Below, piece by piece: positions 27,151 through 37,509 of a DNA stretch of 64,000 bases. The position numbers and the translations under genes are program-made. The notes below the pieces were generated by a model. It was given only the letters and a program-made list of their open reading frames with translations. It had not been told where the DNA came from and did not search any database. The stretch is taken from positions 18,635 through 82,634 of the forward strand of contig CAYPFJ010000007.1 of assembly GCA_964409945.1 (NCBI GenBank), in the 5' to 3' direction. The first letter of the stretch is position 1, and each line of letters begins with the position of its first letter. Source of the DNA: an uncultured archaeon (GTDB lineage: Archaea; Asgardarchaeota; Lokiarchaeia; Sigyniarchaeales; SOKP01).

Positions 27151-27918
27151 ATGTATGACAGAAAGTTCAAACAAGATCCGAAAAAGCGATTTTCATCAAG
27201 GGTAGAGAATTATGTCAAATATAGACCTAGTTATCCCCAGAAGATAATTGAATTCTTAAAAGAAAGTAAAATTTTATCCAATAAATCAAAAATTGCGGAT
27301 GTTGGATCTGGAACGGGAATATTAAGTGAACTATTTTTAAAGGAAGGTAATTTAGTCTATGGAATTGAACCAAATAGAGAGATGAGACAAGCAGGAGAAA
27401 ATTCTTTAAGAGATTATTCACATTTTATAAGTATTGATGGTTCAGCAGAATCTACTACATTACAATCCGAAATGATTGATATAATAACTGCAGGTCAGGC
27501 ATTTCATTGGTTTAATTTAGAAAAAACTAAATTAGAATTTCAACGTATTCTTAAACCTAATGGTTGGGTTATATTAATTTGGAATCGTCGAAAAAAGCAC
27601 ACAAATGAGTTTTTAAAAGAGTATGAAAAATTTCTCTTGAGATATGGAACAGATTATAAAGCTATTGAGAGTAGTAAACTTGATTTTAATAAATTTTTTG
27701 GAGGGATTAATTATAACCTAAAAAAATTTGAGAATTGTCAAATATTTGATTACGATGGTTTAGAGGGTCGGCTCCTTTCTACTTCTTATATACCTTTGGA
27801 TGATCATCCTAAATTTAACGATATGTTACTTGATTTAAAGCAATTATTTAAAAAATATCAAAAAAATGAACATATTCAATTTGAATATGATACCGAGGTC
27901 ATTTATGGTCAACTCTAA
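27151..27918 (+). CDS. Class I SAM-dependent methyltransferase
   Basis: Motif I ADVGSGTGILSE; post-II/III ITAGQAFHWF and ILKPNGWVILIW. Confidence 0.8.
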   Translation: MYDRKFKQDPKKRFSSRVENYVKYRPSYPQKIIEFLKESKILSNKSKIADVGSGTGILSELFLKEGNLVYGIEPNREMRQAGENSLRDYSHFISIDGSAESTTLQSEMIDIITAGQAFHWFNLEKTKLEFQRILKPNGWVILIWNRRKKHTNEFLKEYEKFLLRYGTDYKAIESSKLDFNKFFGGINYNLKKFENCQIFDYDGLEGRLLSTSYIPLDDHPKFNDMLLDLKQLFKKYQKNEHIQFEYDTEVIYGQL

Positions 27919-28057
27919 TTAGATTTTGAATTTCGATGCCATTTTTTATGCCTTATTTTGAGAAAACTTAAATTTACTTTAAAGTAAATTAGGTTTATAT
28001 TTAATTCTAAAACTTTTGAAACATTAGTAATAGAAAATAAAATGCTTATTCGGCATA

Positions 28058-30043
28058 TTATTCTATATCTTTTTGTATCTCATTATTTTCTTCTAATAAT
28101 TTCATAAAAGCTTGGACTTTACTCGGATAAAAAATATGCTGGAACTCTAATGTTAACATTGCACTAATCTCTTTAAGATTTAATGACAAACCAATAAAAT
28201 TTAAAATCTCTTGGGCATCACCTCCCCATACATCTGGAGGTATAGGGACTTTAATCTCCTCATAAGCACTTGACATTAGAATTGGTAAGTAATATTTTAA
28301 ATTTCTTCTCCCTAAAAAACTCAGTTTCCACTTTTGTTTAAAATATTCAGGTTCTTCAATAACATTGACATCAATAGATAAATGTTTGCATAAGTTAGAC
28401 CATTGAGATGGTAAATTTTTCTTTAACTGATCTAATTCAATATTTCTTTCTAAAATTAGTTCTTTAGTTACTGCTGTTAATTCAAATTTATTAATTGAAT
28501 CCAAAATTTTCTTTTCATATTTGAGAAAAGCATTTATTAAAGCTTTTCCCGTTAAAACTTTTTCTTCTTTCGTAATTTTAGAATTGATAGTTTCTTGACT
28601 CAGCGTGCTAAATAGTGTAAACAATGTTTTTTTGGTTTTACCTAATCGCTTGTAGAAGCCTTCTTCTATGAGTGGCCAAATATTAATTAAGAACTTATTA
28701 TCTTGCCTAGCAAAGATATAACTAGTACAGAGTGATATAGTAATTATTCGTTTTAATTCGGTAGAATCACATTTTTCTATAGTATCAAGCGAACTATGCC
28801 AAAAAGGATCATTATGCCCAATCATTACCCCAGGTATACTTATAGGATTTCCAACAAATAAAGTATGGTCACTTCCACCTGAATAGGGAGTAATTCGATA
28901 TCGCATACGATTGGTAGTCCCATTTATTGCTACCCCTTTAGGATGATCTGCAATTACTCTCGTAAAATATTGAATAATATCATTTAAAATTGATGGTCGT
29001 GAATATGGTGCTAAACAGATCTCACATGGTTCCCCAACTTTTAGAGGGTGTTCCCCAATCATGTCTAAGTTTATATTAAAAAGTGCATTTTTAACGATTT
29101 CTTCATGCTCTTTAATCCATGGGTATGTACCATGAAATTCAGCAACCCATAGAAGACGAATTGTTCTTTTAGGGGGTTCTAATCTTTTTTGCTTTATAAG
29201 TACTGATAAAGCACGGGCTAATTCTATTAACCCACCTGATCCACTGGCATTGTCATTTACTCCAGCAGCTGGGTGACAGATATGTGCTGTTAAAATTATT
29301 TCTTCTTGAGGTTTCTCTTTTCCTCGAATAGCCGCGGAGATTACTTCTAATTCTCCATCATATACTTTAGCATCAATCTTCGCATGTAGTTTGACAGAAC
29401 CATTTCTTAATAGCTCCTTTAAATATAATGCTTGCTCAAAGGTAATACTAAATCCAAAGGTGGTTTTTTTTAACTCTTCAGCTATGGCAGGAAATCTATT
29501 ATAAATAGTCATACCCTTATAACTCGCTGCTCTATCAGGTCCTGGATATACTATAACCCCCAATGCTCCTTTTTCTGCATATAATGCAGGAACTATAATT
29601 CTTGGGGCTTCCATTAAAATTATTTTCCCTTTTACGTCTCTTCCATCGAATTCTTCTTCTGTAACACCCTTTCCAATATCAATCAATTCAGCATCAACGT
29701 CACAAGCTTTTGATCTCCCAATAATACACATTGGAATATCTTGAAATCGACACAACATCTCGTTTTTTGGTTCAATTAAACGTAATTCCCCCGATTTAAT
29801 CTCCCAGCTTTGAGTCACTATCCATTCCCATGTTTTAGTTTTTCCATCTGCAGGATATTTATGGAGGCTAATCTCATCTAACCCAAACGAACCTAATTCT
29901 CTCATTACTTTTTCTACAATTTCATGATAATCTTGAGACCCTACTACTCGGTTATATTGTGAGATCCTCGATACCCAATCAAAGGCATATTTCCCGCTAA
30001 CCTCGTTCAACACTTCATCGATAAATTTAGAGATATCTTTCAT
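28058..30043 (-). CDS. M28-family aminopeptidase-like protein with long C-terminal extension (DUF4910-like architecture)
   Basis: AHICHPAAGVNDNASGSGGLIELARAL metal-ligand block and GGSDH. 661 aa. Confidence 0.6.
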   Translation of the reverse strand: MKDISKFIDEVLNEVSGKYAFDWVSRISQYNRVVGSQDYHEIVEKVMRELGSFGLDEISLHKYPADGKTKTWEWIVTQSWEIKSGELRLIEPKNEMLCRFQDIPMCIIGRSKACDVDAELIDIGKGVTEEEFDGRDVKGKIILMEAPRIIVPALYAEKGALGVIVYPGPDRAASYKGMTIYNRFPAIAEELKKTTFGFSITFEQALYLKELLRNGSVKLHAKIDAKVYDGELEVISAAIRGKEKPQEEIILTAHICHPAAGVNDNASGSGGLIELARALSVLIKQKRLEPPKRTIRLLWVAEFHGTYPWIKEHEEIVKNALFNINLDMIGEHPLKVGEPCEICLAPYSRPSILNDIIQYFTRVIADHPKGVAINGTTNRMRYRITPYSGGSDHTLFVGNPISIPGVMIGHNDPFWHSSLDTIEKCDSTELKRIITISLCTSYIFARQDNKFLINIWPLIEEGFYKRLGKTKKTLFTLFSTLSQETINSKITKEEKVLTGKALINAFLKYEKKILDSINKFELTAVTKELILERNIELDQLKKNLPSQWSNLCKHLSIDVNVIEEPEYFKQKWKLSFLGRRNLKYYLPILMSSAYEEIKVPIPPDVWGGDAQEILNFIGLSLNLKEISAMLTLEFQHIFYPSKVQAFMKLLEENNEIQKDIE

Positions 30044-30232
30044 ACATAATCAATCTTGCGAAGTAATATAGTAATTAATTACTTTGATATTACGAACCAT
30101 TAAAATATAAAATTTGCTATTCTAGCAAAATAATTTAAGAAATTAATCTGAAAATACCTTCCGAAGGTATTGGGAAAATATAATATTTATTTATAAGAAT
30201 GAAATTTTTTTTCTTTATGTCTTTTAAAGTTC

Positions 30233-31132
30233 CTAATTATGCGTTTTGTTGCTATTCGCTATTAGTGCTTTTACGATACGTGGTATGACTTCACGAGGAA
30301 AACTATGTCCCATTCCATCTACAAGCAATAATTCAGCTCCAGGTATGGTTGATGCAATCTCTTCACCAGCTTCAACAGAGTTAAATGGATCTTCTTTTCC
30401 ATGAATGACTAAAGTTGGTGCTTTTATTGAAGAGATTAATGGCTGAATATTGCCAGGGACAGCCATTGCTGCCATTTGGCGAGCTATGCCTTCAGGATAA
30501 TAACTTCTATCGTATTCCTTTGTTCGATATTCCCTTCCTTGGATTTCATCATACTCGAATTTACCATAAATTAAACTATCGCGCTTGACCATTTCTTCAA
30601 TATATGCTTCGCGTTCGACAGGAACAGGTGCAAAGAATTGAACCATGACTTCTGGTTTCGCTTGTGGTAAAGCAGGATCCCCCGTCGTACTTATGATTAC
30701 AGTTAAAGATAGCACTCGAGACGGATGTCTATATCCTATAATTTGTGCGATCATACCGCCCATAGAAGCACCGCAAATGTGTGCTTTTTCTATATTCAAA
30801 GCGTCTAAAATACCAATAGCATCGTCCGCCATATCCTCTAAAGTATATGGAAGGTTGGGTATTTCTCCACGTGTATAGGCAGCAGCAATCTCCATCATGT
30901 CTGGTATACCCGCTTCTTCAAATTTTGTTGACAAACCTACATCTCGATTGTCGAATCTGATGATAAAATAGCCATTTTCGGCAAATTTATCACAAAACTC
31001 ATCCGACCAAGCAAGAAGTTGACTTCCCAACCCAGCTATTAACAACAATGGTTTTGAATTAGGATCCCCAATTGTTTCATATTCAATTTCGATATCATTT
31101 ACATATGCTATTGGCATGATATTTAACAACAT
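30233..31132 (-). CDS. Alpha/beta-fold hydrolase
   Basis: Oxyanion block LLLIAGLGSQ, nucleophile elbow GASMGG, C-terminal GMGHSFP. G+C is elevated. Confidence 0.8.
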   Translation of the reverse strand: MLLNIMPIAYVNDIEIEYETIGDPNSKPLLLIAGLGSQLLAWSDEFCDKFAENGYFIIRFDNRDVGLSTKFEEAGIPDMMEIAAAYTRGEIPNLPYTLEDMADDAIGILDALNIEKAHICGASMGGMIAQIIGYRHPSRVLSLTVIISTTGDPALPQAKPEVMVQFFAPVPVEREAYIEEMVKRDSLIYGKFEYDEIQGREYRTKEYDRSYYPEGIARQMAAMAVPGNIQPLISSIKAPTLVIHGKEDPFNSVEAGEEIASTIPGAELLLVDGMGHSFPREVIPRIVKALIANSNKTHN

Positions 31133-31161
31133 TCAATTATTTATTAAAAATTATTTTTTGT

Positions 31162-32217
31162 TTAAACTAAAATATCTGAGGTTATTTCTTGTAATGACTT
31201 ACAGTTTGTCATTCTCATCGCTTTAGCTAAAGTTTTTTGCATATATTCCATATGAATTTGTACACCTTTAATTCCTGCCCCTACAGATGCTCGAATAATA
31301 TCTCGCCCAATTAGAACAGATTCAGCTCCTAGTGCTAGCATTTTCAACACATCGTATCCCGTACGGATACCTCCATCAACGATAATTTTAATCTTTCCTT
31401 TAAGTTCTTCTATTATACTAGGTAAAATTTCAGCAGTTCCAGGAGTATGATCTAAGACTCTTCCACCATGATTTGATACAACAATAGCTGCTGCTCCTGC
31501 TTCTTTAACTACTAAAGCATCTTCAACACACATTATACCTTTAATAATTACTGGAAGATTTGTAGAAGAAATTAATTCTTTAATTTCTTCAATTGATTTT
31601 TTGAAAACGGGTTTATCATGTATTGCCATTGCATATGAACCACATCCATCTACATCTATACCAACAGCAACACATCTAACCTCTTCAGCTTTATTAAAAA
31701 ATTTCATAATAGTTCCCTGATCTCTTGGTTTCACAATTTTAACTCCCCATCCACCAGCTTCAGCAATAGCATTAAGTCCATAAGAATTTTCAAGTGAATA
31801 AGTATAAGTATCTCCTCTCCATCCAATTGTCCCAGCATCTCTACAACCAAGAACTACAGAACGACAAAAATCCTCTTCTGTTATAACTTTATCTCCACCA
31901 AAATTATTAACACCTGCGACACTTGCAGCCATTATTGGCATGGATAATTCCCTTCCAAAAAAATTATATTTAGTATCAGGTTTAAAATCTTCATTGATTA
32001 ATTTCATTTTTAAATTGTATTTTCTTAGAGCTAAGAAATTATTATTAAAACTAGCACCACTACCAATTCCACCAATACCAAGTGCGTTGCCATAACTTTG
32101 CCCTTGACAAAGTCTATGTGGAGCTCCATCACAATCTTTGTAGACCCCACATATTCCTTTCAGTTTTTCCCTAGCACTATTACGTATGTCCTCTACTGTT
32201 TTAATTTCGGGAGTCAT
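31162..32217 (-). CDS. FMN-dependent alpha-hydroxy-acid oxidising enzyme family protein
   Basis: VVSNHGGRVLD, DGGIRTGYDVLKMLALGA. TIM-barrel length of 351 aa. Confidence 0.75.
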   Translation of the reverse strand: MTPEIKTVEDIRNSAREKLKGICGVYKDCDGAPHRLCQGQSYGNALGIGGIGSGASFNNNFLALRKYNLKMKLINEDFKPDTKYNFFGRELSMPIMAASVAGVNNFGGDKVITEEDFCRSVVLGCRDAGTIGWRGDTYTYSLENSYGLNAIAEAGGWGVKIVKPRDQGTIMKFFNKAEEVRCVAVGIDVDGCGSYAMAIHDKPVFKKSIEEIKELISSTNLPVIIKGIMCVEDALVVKEAGAAAIVVSNHGGRVLDHTPGTAEILPSIIEELKGKIKIIVDGGIRTGYDVLKMLALGAESVLIGRDIIRASVGAGIKGVQIHMEYMQKTLAKAMRMTNCKSLQEITSDILV

Positions 32218-32233
32218 GATTTTACTTTTCTAA

Positions 32234-33613
32234 TTAAACCATTTTTTTAGGATCTAATAACTCGTTTAGGTTATCTATTTTTAAGCCCATTTCTAAAATA
32301 ACCACCTTACAACTCTTTCCTTCTTTATATGCTCGCTGTGCTATCTCGGAACATTTATCATATCCAATAATAGGAGTTAAATTTGTAACAAGCATAAGCA
32401 TTTGTTCTAACTGTTTGCTAATTTGTTCAGTGTTAACCTCCAAATTTAATAAACAGTTATCGATAAATGAATTGATACCTCCAATTAATATATTAATAGA
32501 TTCAAGTAAGTTTATAATCATAACAGGTTTACACACATTCAAATCTAATATACTACCATAAGCCTCTCCAAAGGAAACTACAGAATCATTCCCAATCACC
32601 TGGAGACATACCTGAATTAATGCTTCAGATTGAGTGGGATTTATTTTACCCGGCATTAATGATGATCCCGGTTCATTTTGAGGTAATTTTAATTCAGATA
32701 ACCCCGCACGGGGTCCACTCCCCATCCAGCGGATGTCATTTGCCATCTTTAATAATGATAAAGCTAATAAACGTAAATTACTACTAACTCTCACAATTGT
32801 ATTATGTGAAGCAATTCCTTCTGCTTTCACTGGATTAACTTTAAAGGGAAAATTAGTTATGTCTGAGAGATGAGAAACCGTACGTTTAGCGAAGTCTTTG
32901 TGTGCATTTAAACCCGTCCCTAAAGCTGTGCCACCTATTGGAATATAATACAATTCATTGCAAGTTTCTTTTAATCTTTCTAAATTAATTTCGATTTGCT
33001 TTTTATAAACCTCAAATTCTAAAGATAAAGGGATAGGAACTGCATCTTGTAAATGTGTTCTTCCTACTTTAACAATATCTTTAAATTCTTTAATTTTAAT
33101 ATCTAAATGTTCTTTTAATCTTTCTAGCACAGGAAATAAGTTTTGGATCATGTGTAAAGTAGATAAATGCATCGTACTTGGGATCACATCATTAGAAGAT
33201 TGACTTTTATTTACGTGATCATTTGGGTGTACTGGATGTTTTTTACCCATCGGAGATCCTAAGATTTCATTTGCTCGATTAGCTAAAACTTCATTCATAT
33301 TCATATTAGTTTGAGTTCCTGATCCGGTTTGAAATATATCAATAGGAAATTGATCTAGATGTTTATTCTCTTGTATTATTTCATTAACAGCTTCAAGAAT
33401 AGCGTTAGCAATCTGCTTTTCAATCATATTTAAATCTAAATTTGCGAGTAAAGAAGCTTTCTTTAACTGAGCCAATGATTTAATAAATATATTAGGGAAT
33501 CTCTTTCCACTTATTTGAAAGTTCTTAATTGCCCTTTGAGTATTAATGCCCCAATAAACATTACTAGGAACTTCTATCTCCCCTAAAACATCTTTTTCAA
33601 TTCTAAAACTCAA
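32234..33613 (-). CDS. fumC: Class II fumarate hydratase
   Basis: QTGSGTQTNMNMNEVLANRA and the signature GSSLMPGKINPTQSEAL. The TGSGTQ.NMN block favours FumC over aspartase. Confidence 0.8.
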   Translation of the reverse strand: MSFRIEKDVLGEIEVPSNVYWGINTQRAIKNFQISGKRFPNIFIKSLAQLKKASLLANLDLNMIEKQIANAILEAVNEIIQENKHLDQFPIDIFQTGSGTQTNMNMNEVLANRANEILGSPMGKKHPVHPNDHVNKSQSSNDVIPSTMHLSTLHMIQNLFPVLERLKEHLDIKIKEFKDIVKVGRTHLQDAVPIPLSLEFEVYKKQIEINLERLKETCNELYYIPIGGTALGTGLNAHKDFAKRTVSHLSDITNFPFKVNPVKAEGIASHNTIVRVSSNLRLLALSLLKMANDIRWMGSGPRAGLSELKLPQNEPGSSLMPGKINPTQSEALIQVCLQVIGNDSVVSFGEAYGSILDLNVCKPVMIINLLESINILIGGINSFIDNCLLNLEVNTEQISKQLEQMLMLVTNLTPIIGYDKCSEIAQRAYKEGKSCKVVILEMGLKIDNLNELLDPKKMV

Positions 33614-33815
33614 ATTCTCTCACTTTATAAATTAATCTTTAATATTCTAATTAGAAAGAATATATAAAAAAAGTTTATACTAATTTAAAATCAATAACTC
33701 AAAAATCACTTTAATATAAATAAAAAGTGAAAATTTAATATTTATTTTTTATTTTAATTTTTATTCAGTTAGCAAAAATTAAGAATCCTGTACTTGAATT
33801 TTCTATCTGATTCGT

Positions 33816-34622
33816 ATGGTTTATTTTGATAATGATTGGAAAGATATTATTCCTCATATTCCCTCAGGATATGATAAAGCCAAGTATAATGTTGTATTTG
33901 ATCAACATTCACATACAATATTCAGTGACGGGGCACTCACGATTAAGCAAAATGTTGAATGGCATATAGCTATGGGTTATAATGCGTTAGCAATAACTGA
34001 TCATAATAATATGCGTCATTTAGAAAAGATTGATAAAGTAAGAGAGGAGTATTCTAAGAAAAATATCATTATTATAACTGGAATTGAATGGACTACAAGT
34101 AGAATTCATTTGAATTTTGTAGGTGTACCAAAATGGGAAACTAAAATCTCTTATAGAGTTAAGAATGAGAATATAATTGATGCGATTAATAAGGCTCATG
34201 ATCAAGGAGGAATTGTTGTTTGTAATCATATTCCTTGGAGTCTTTACGAATTCAATATGAAAACTCATCCCTCTCGTGAAACTTTATTAGATTGGGGAAT
34301 TGATTATAATGAAATTGTTAATGATGATTGCAAACCTGAAAATGTATTTGATAAAGAATCATATGATTTTTGCATGAAATATAAAGGAAAAATAGATATG
34401 ATTACAGGAACTGATATGCATTCCCCAGATACTCTGGCAAGTGGAGGTGTACATGGATGGACTCTAATGAAAATTAAAGAATTTACCGAAGAAATTTTAA
34501 TGGAAGAATTACGAAGGAAGCATACAGATATCATTTATTCTAAAAAACCTTATTTAGAGCCCAGGATTTCTAAAAAAAATCTCAAAATTCTGTTTATTAA
34601 TAAGATCCCATCTTTTCTGTAA
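33816..34622 (+). CDS. PHP-domain metal-dependent phosphoesterase
   Basis: DQHSHTIFSDGALT, ALAITDHNN, and a late GTDMHS motif. Confidence 0.7.
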   Translation: MVYFDNDWKDIIPHIPSGYDKAKYNVVFDQHSHTIFSDGALTIKQNVEWHIAMGYNALAITDHNNMRHLEKIDKVREEYSKKNIIIITGIEWTTSRIHLNFVGVPKWETKISYRVKNENIIDAINKAHDQGGIVVCNHIPWSLYEFNMKTHPSRETLLDWGIDYNEIVNDDCKPENVFDKESYDFCMKYKGKIDMITGTDMHSPDTLASGGVHGWTLMKIKEFTEEILMEELRRKHTDIIYSKKPYLEPRISKKNLKILFINKIPSFL

Positions 34623-35640
34623 TTGCTTTAGCTATACTTAGGTTTCGAATTGCTAGATATAATGGCTCCCAGGGAACTTCGCATCCCAATGAAAACATAT
34701 AATTCCCTCCTGGTTTTCCAGCTTCAATTGTTTTTATTATTTCTTCAATTACTCTTGATATAGAATATTTTGGACTTCCTAATATTTGTGTATTTGTATT
34801 CCCTCTTATACAGCTATTTTTACCAATTTTTTCTTTAGCTAATTTCAGATCTACTTGATAATCCACATCTAGAATGGCAGCCTTTGTACTTGAAACTAAT
34901 TTTAACATATCTCTTCCTTCTTTATCGACTACGGAATTATCGCCACATATGTGATATAATACAGGCACATCCTTTTGAATACATTCAAAAAGCTCTTTAG
35001 TGGCACCTATACAACACTTTTCATATCTCATAGGCCCAATTTGTGAAATAGCTGAATCGCCTGCACCTATTATATCTGCACCTGCTTCAATCTGTAATTT
35101 AGCGAATTCTTTTTGAATTGGAAGTATTCTAATTATTAACTTCTTTATGATATCAATCCATTCAAGATTTTTACATTGCAAAAGAACATTTACTAATCCG
35201 AATAAACAACAAATCTCGGCGAATGGAGCTTCAATCCAACCTATAATGCATTGCTTTCCACCAATTTTATCTGAAAATTTTTTAACAGCATTAACTCTAT
35301 TCATAATTCTCGGATTTTCGAGTATGGAAGGTGTTTCTATTGATTCAAAATCCTCAATTGAAAGATATGTTTTCGCAACGGGGGTATGGCTCTCCCAATC
35401 TATTTCAACCCCCCACGCATTTGCTTCTCTGTAGGCATCTGTAGACACATTTACATGATCAATGCCAAAAAATTCAGCACATTTAATTTGTAAATCAACT
35501 AAAACATCTGGTTTTTGACAATACTCATGATTATAATCTACATCCGCTAAGGATGCTGCCAAATGCATGATAAAAGGATTAAAAGGAATTTTCTCAGGTA
35601 TTCCTTTAATTGCTGAAAGCGTTAATTCCCTTGAGTTCAT
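34597..35640 (-). CDS. Uroporphyrinogen-decarboxylase-family protein (MtaA/CmuA-like methyltransferase type)
   Basis: 347 aa with a URO-D-like block order (..FNPFIMHLAA.., ..ADIIGAGDSA.., ..LYHICGDN..). The 3' end overlaps the convergent PHP gene by 26 nt. Confidence 0.6.
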   Translation of the reverse strand: MNSRELTLSAIKGIPEKIPFNPFIMHLAASLADVDYNHEYCQKPDVLVDLQIKCAEFFGIDHVNVSTDAYREANAWGVEIDWESHTPVAKTYLSIEDFESIETPSILENPRIMNRVNAVKKFSDKIGGKQCIIGWIEAPFAEICCLFGLVNVLLQCKNLEWIDIIKKLIIRILPIQKEFAKLQIEAGADIIGAGDSAISQIGPMRYEKCCIGATKELFECIQKDVPVLYHICGDNSVVDKEGRDMLKLVSSTKAAILDVDYQVDLKLAKEKIGKNSCIRGNTNTQILGSPKYSISRVIEEIIKTIEAGKPGGNYMFSLGCEVPWEPLYLAIRNLSIAKAITEKMGSY

Positions 35641-35759
35641 TATAATTGTATGATATTGGCTTTTAATTTATGATTTAACTAATACTAAGCTATATTGGTT
35701 AATTAAAATATTTGATCATAATCTTTTTCTAGTACGTATAAACCCATTTCTTTTAGTTT

Positions 35760-36125
35760 TTGCATTATTTCTTGTTCATTTTTACGTTTCAGATCAAGCC
35801 ACTTATAAAAGTTTATTTAAGTAAAAAAGACACGACAATTGCTATTAATGAAATGCATCGTGCTTTAATGATAGGAGGATTATGTTATTTGAATTTCCTT
35901 TCAAAAGATGATGTTAATTTCGATGAAAAAAGAGAATCAAACCCAGGAGAAATCATAAGTATTCACGAAAATCAAGAGTATATTCATAGTTATTATGATG
36001 ACCAACCTGATGAATAATTCAAAAAGCTTGGGATAATTTATAAAGAAAAAAGACTCATTCTAAGTGGAAAATATTATAAAACTGGTCGGAACTGTATCCT
36101 TGATTATATTTTAAAGAAGCAATAA
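35760..36125 (+). pseudogene. Remnant of a class I SAM methyltransferase (5'-truncated, in-frame TAA at 36015..36017)
   Basis: ..AINEMHRALMIGGLCYLNF.. (the E-M-x-R-x-L-x-x-G-G block) followed by ..DDQPDE[TAA]FKKLGIIYKEKRLILSGKYYKTGRNCILDYILKKQ* in the same frame. No motif I is present upstream. Confidence 0.45.
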
Positions 36126-36210
36126 TAAATCATAAATAACAAACATAGATTATTTTTTTCTATAATTTAAAAATATCTACAGTTAAATGTAATTTTAACT
36201 CTAAATAATT

Positions 36211-37320
36211 ATGATTAATACATTTTATGAAAGACTCGCCAAATTAGTAGTCAATTATTCTCTTAATGTTAAGAAAGGAGATCGCGTACTTATTGAAGGT
36301 CCAACTATAGCAAAAGAACTTTTCCAAGCTCTTTTTTTAGAAGTTCTAAAAATGGGTGGCCATCCCTTAGCAATGCCGCGAATTGAAGGTCTCAGTGAAT
36401 TATTATTTAAAAATGCATCTGAAGAACAATTATTATATTTTCACAATCTACTAAAATTAACTAATACAGAATTTGATTGTATAATAACTATTGATGGTGA
36501 ATTTAATACTAGAAATCTAGCATTAATTGATCCAAAAGTATTGGCAACATACCAAGGCTCTCCTGATCGAACAGAATATATCCGAGTTTTTGAGGAACGT
36601 ACTTCTAAAAAAGAATTAAGATGGATCTGTGTTCCTTTTCCATGTCATGCTTTTGCTCAAGAAGCAAATATGGATTTATTTTCTTACTCAAATTTTGTAG
36701 AAAATGCGTTATTTTTAGATAAAGAGAACCCGATTGAAGAATGGCAGAATATGGAAAAAAAACAAGACCAGATAATAGAAAATTTAAATAATGTTAAAAA
36801 TATCCAGATTATTGGTGAAGACACAGAATTAACCTTTTCATTAGAGGGGAGAATATGGGATAATTGTTGTGGGAAAGAAAATTTACCGGATGGAGAGATT
36901 TATACTTGTCCAGTTGAAGATTCTGTAAATGGACATATTAGGCTCAGTTATCCAGGAATTTATATGGGAAGAGTAATCGAAAATATTTTTTTAGAATTTA
37001 AAGATGGAGTGGTTATTAATGCTACAGCTGACAAAGGTCAGGAATTACTAGAAGAGATATTAAAAATAGAAAATGCTGACAAATTGGGTGAATTTGCTAT
37101 TGGGACTAATTACGGAATTACACAATTTACAAAAAATATTGGATTTGACGAAAAAATTGGCGGAACTTTACATATTGCATTAGGACATGGTTTTAAAAAT
37201 ATTGGATCAAAAAATGAAAGTGCTATACATTGGGATATTCTAAAAGATATGAAAATCCCTGGTTCAAAAATTATAGCAGACAAGAAAATAATATATGAAG
37301 AAGGAAAATGGCAGATTTAG
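36211..37320 (+). CDS. Aminopeptidase, peptidase family M29 (AmpS/PepS type)
   Basis: LAKLVVNYSLNVKKGDRVLIEG N-terminus, LPDGEIYTCP, GEFAIGTN, LHIALG. Confidence 0.8.
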   Translation: MINTFYERLAKLVVNYSLNVKKGDRVLIEGPTIAKELFQALFLEVLKMGGHPLAMPRIEGLSELLFKNASEEQLLYFHNLLKLTNTEFDCIITIDGEFNTRNLALIDPKVLATYQGSPDRTEYIRVFEERTSKKELRWICVPFPCHAFAQEANMDLFSYSNFVENALFLDKENPIEEWQNMEKKQDQIIENLNNVKNIQIIGEDTELTFSLEGRIWDNCCGKENLPDGEIYTCPVEDSVNGHIRLSYPGIYMGRVIENIFLEFKDGVVINATADKGQELLEEILKIENADKLGEFAIGTNYGITQFTKNIGFDEKIGGTLHIALGHGFKNIGSKNESAIHWDILKDMKIPGSKIIADKKIIYEEGKWQI

Positions 37321-37509
37321 AGATTCATCTTTAGATTTGTTTTTGTAGATTCCTAAATAATTCTGATAACGTTGGATGAGTATAGATTAAGTTTCTGAAA
37401 ATTAATAATCCATTTGGAATGTGACTTAAAGGAATTATTCTAAGTATCAATTCCCTTTTTTTATGTTTTTAGTAAAAAGATAATTTAACATGTAAGACTT
37501 CATAATATT

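Noticed and set aside
34597-34622. 26-nt overlap of the convergent PHP and URO-D-family genes as a possible antisense regulatory feature
   Set aside because: It is a simple 3'-3' overlap in a compact genome. The PHP C-terminus may also be over-extended. Nothing further supports regulation.
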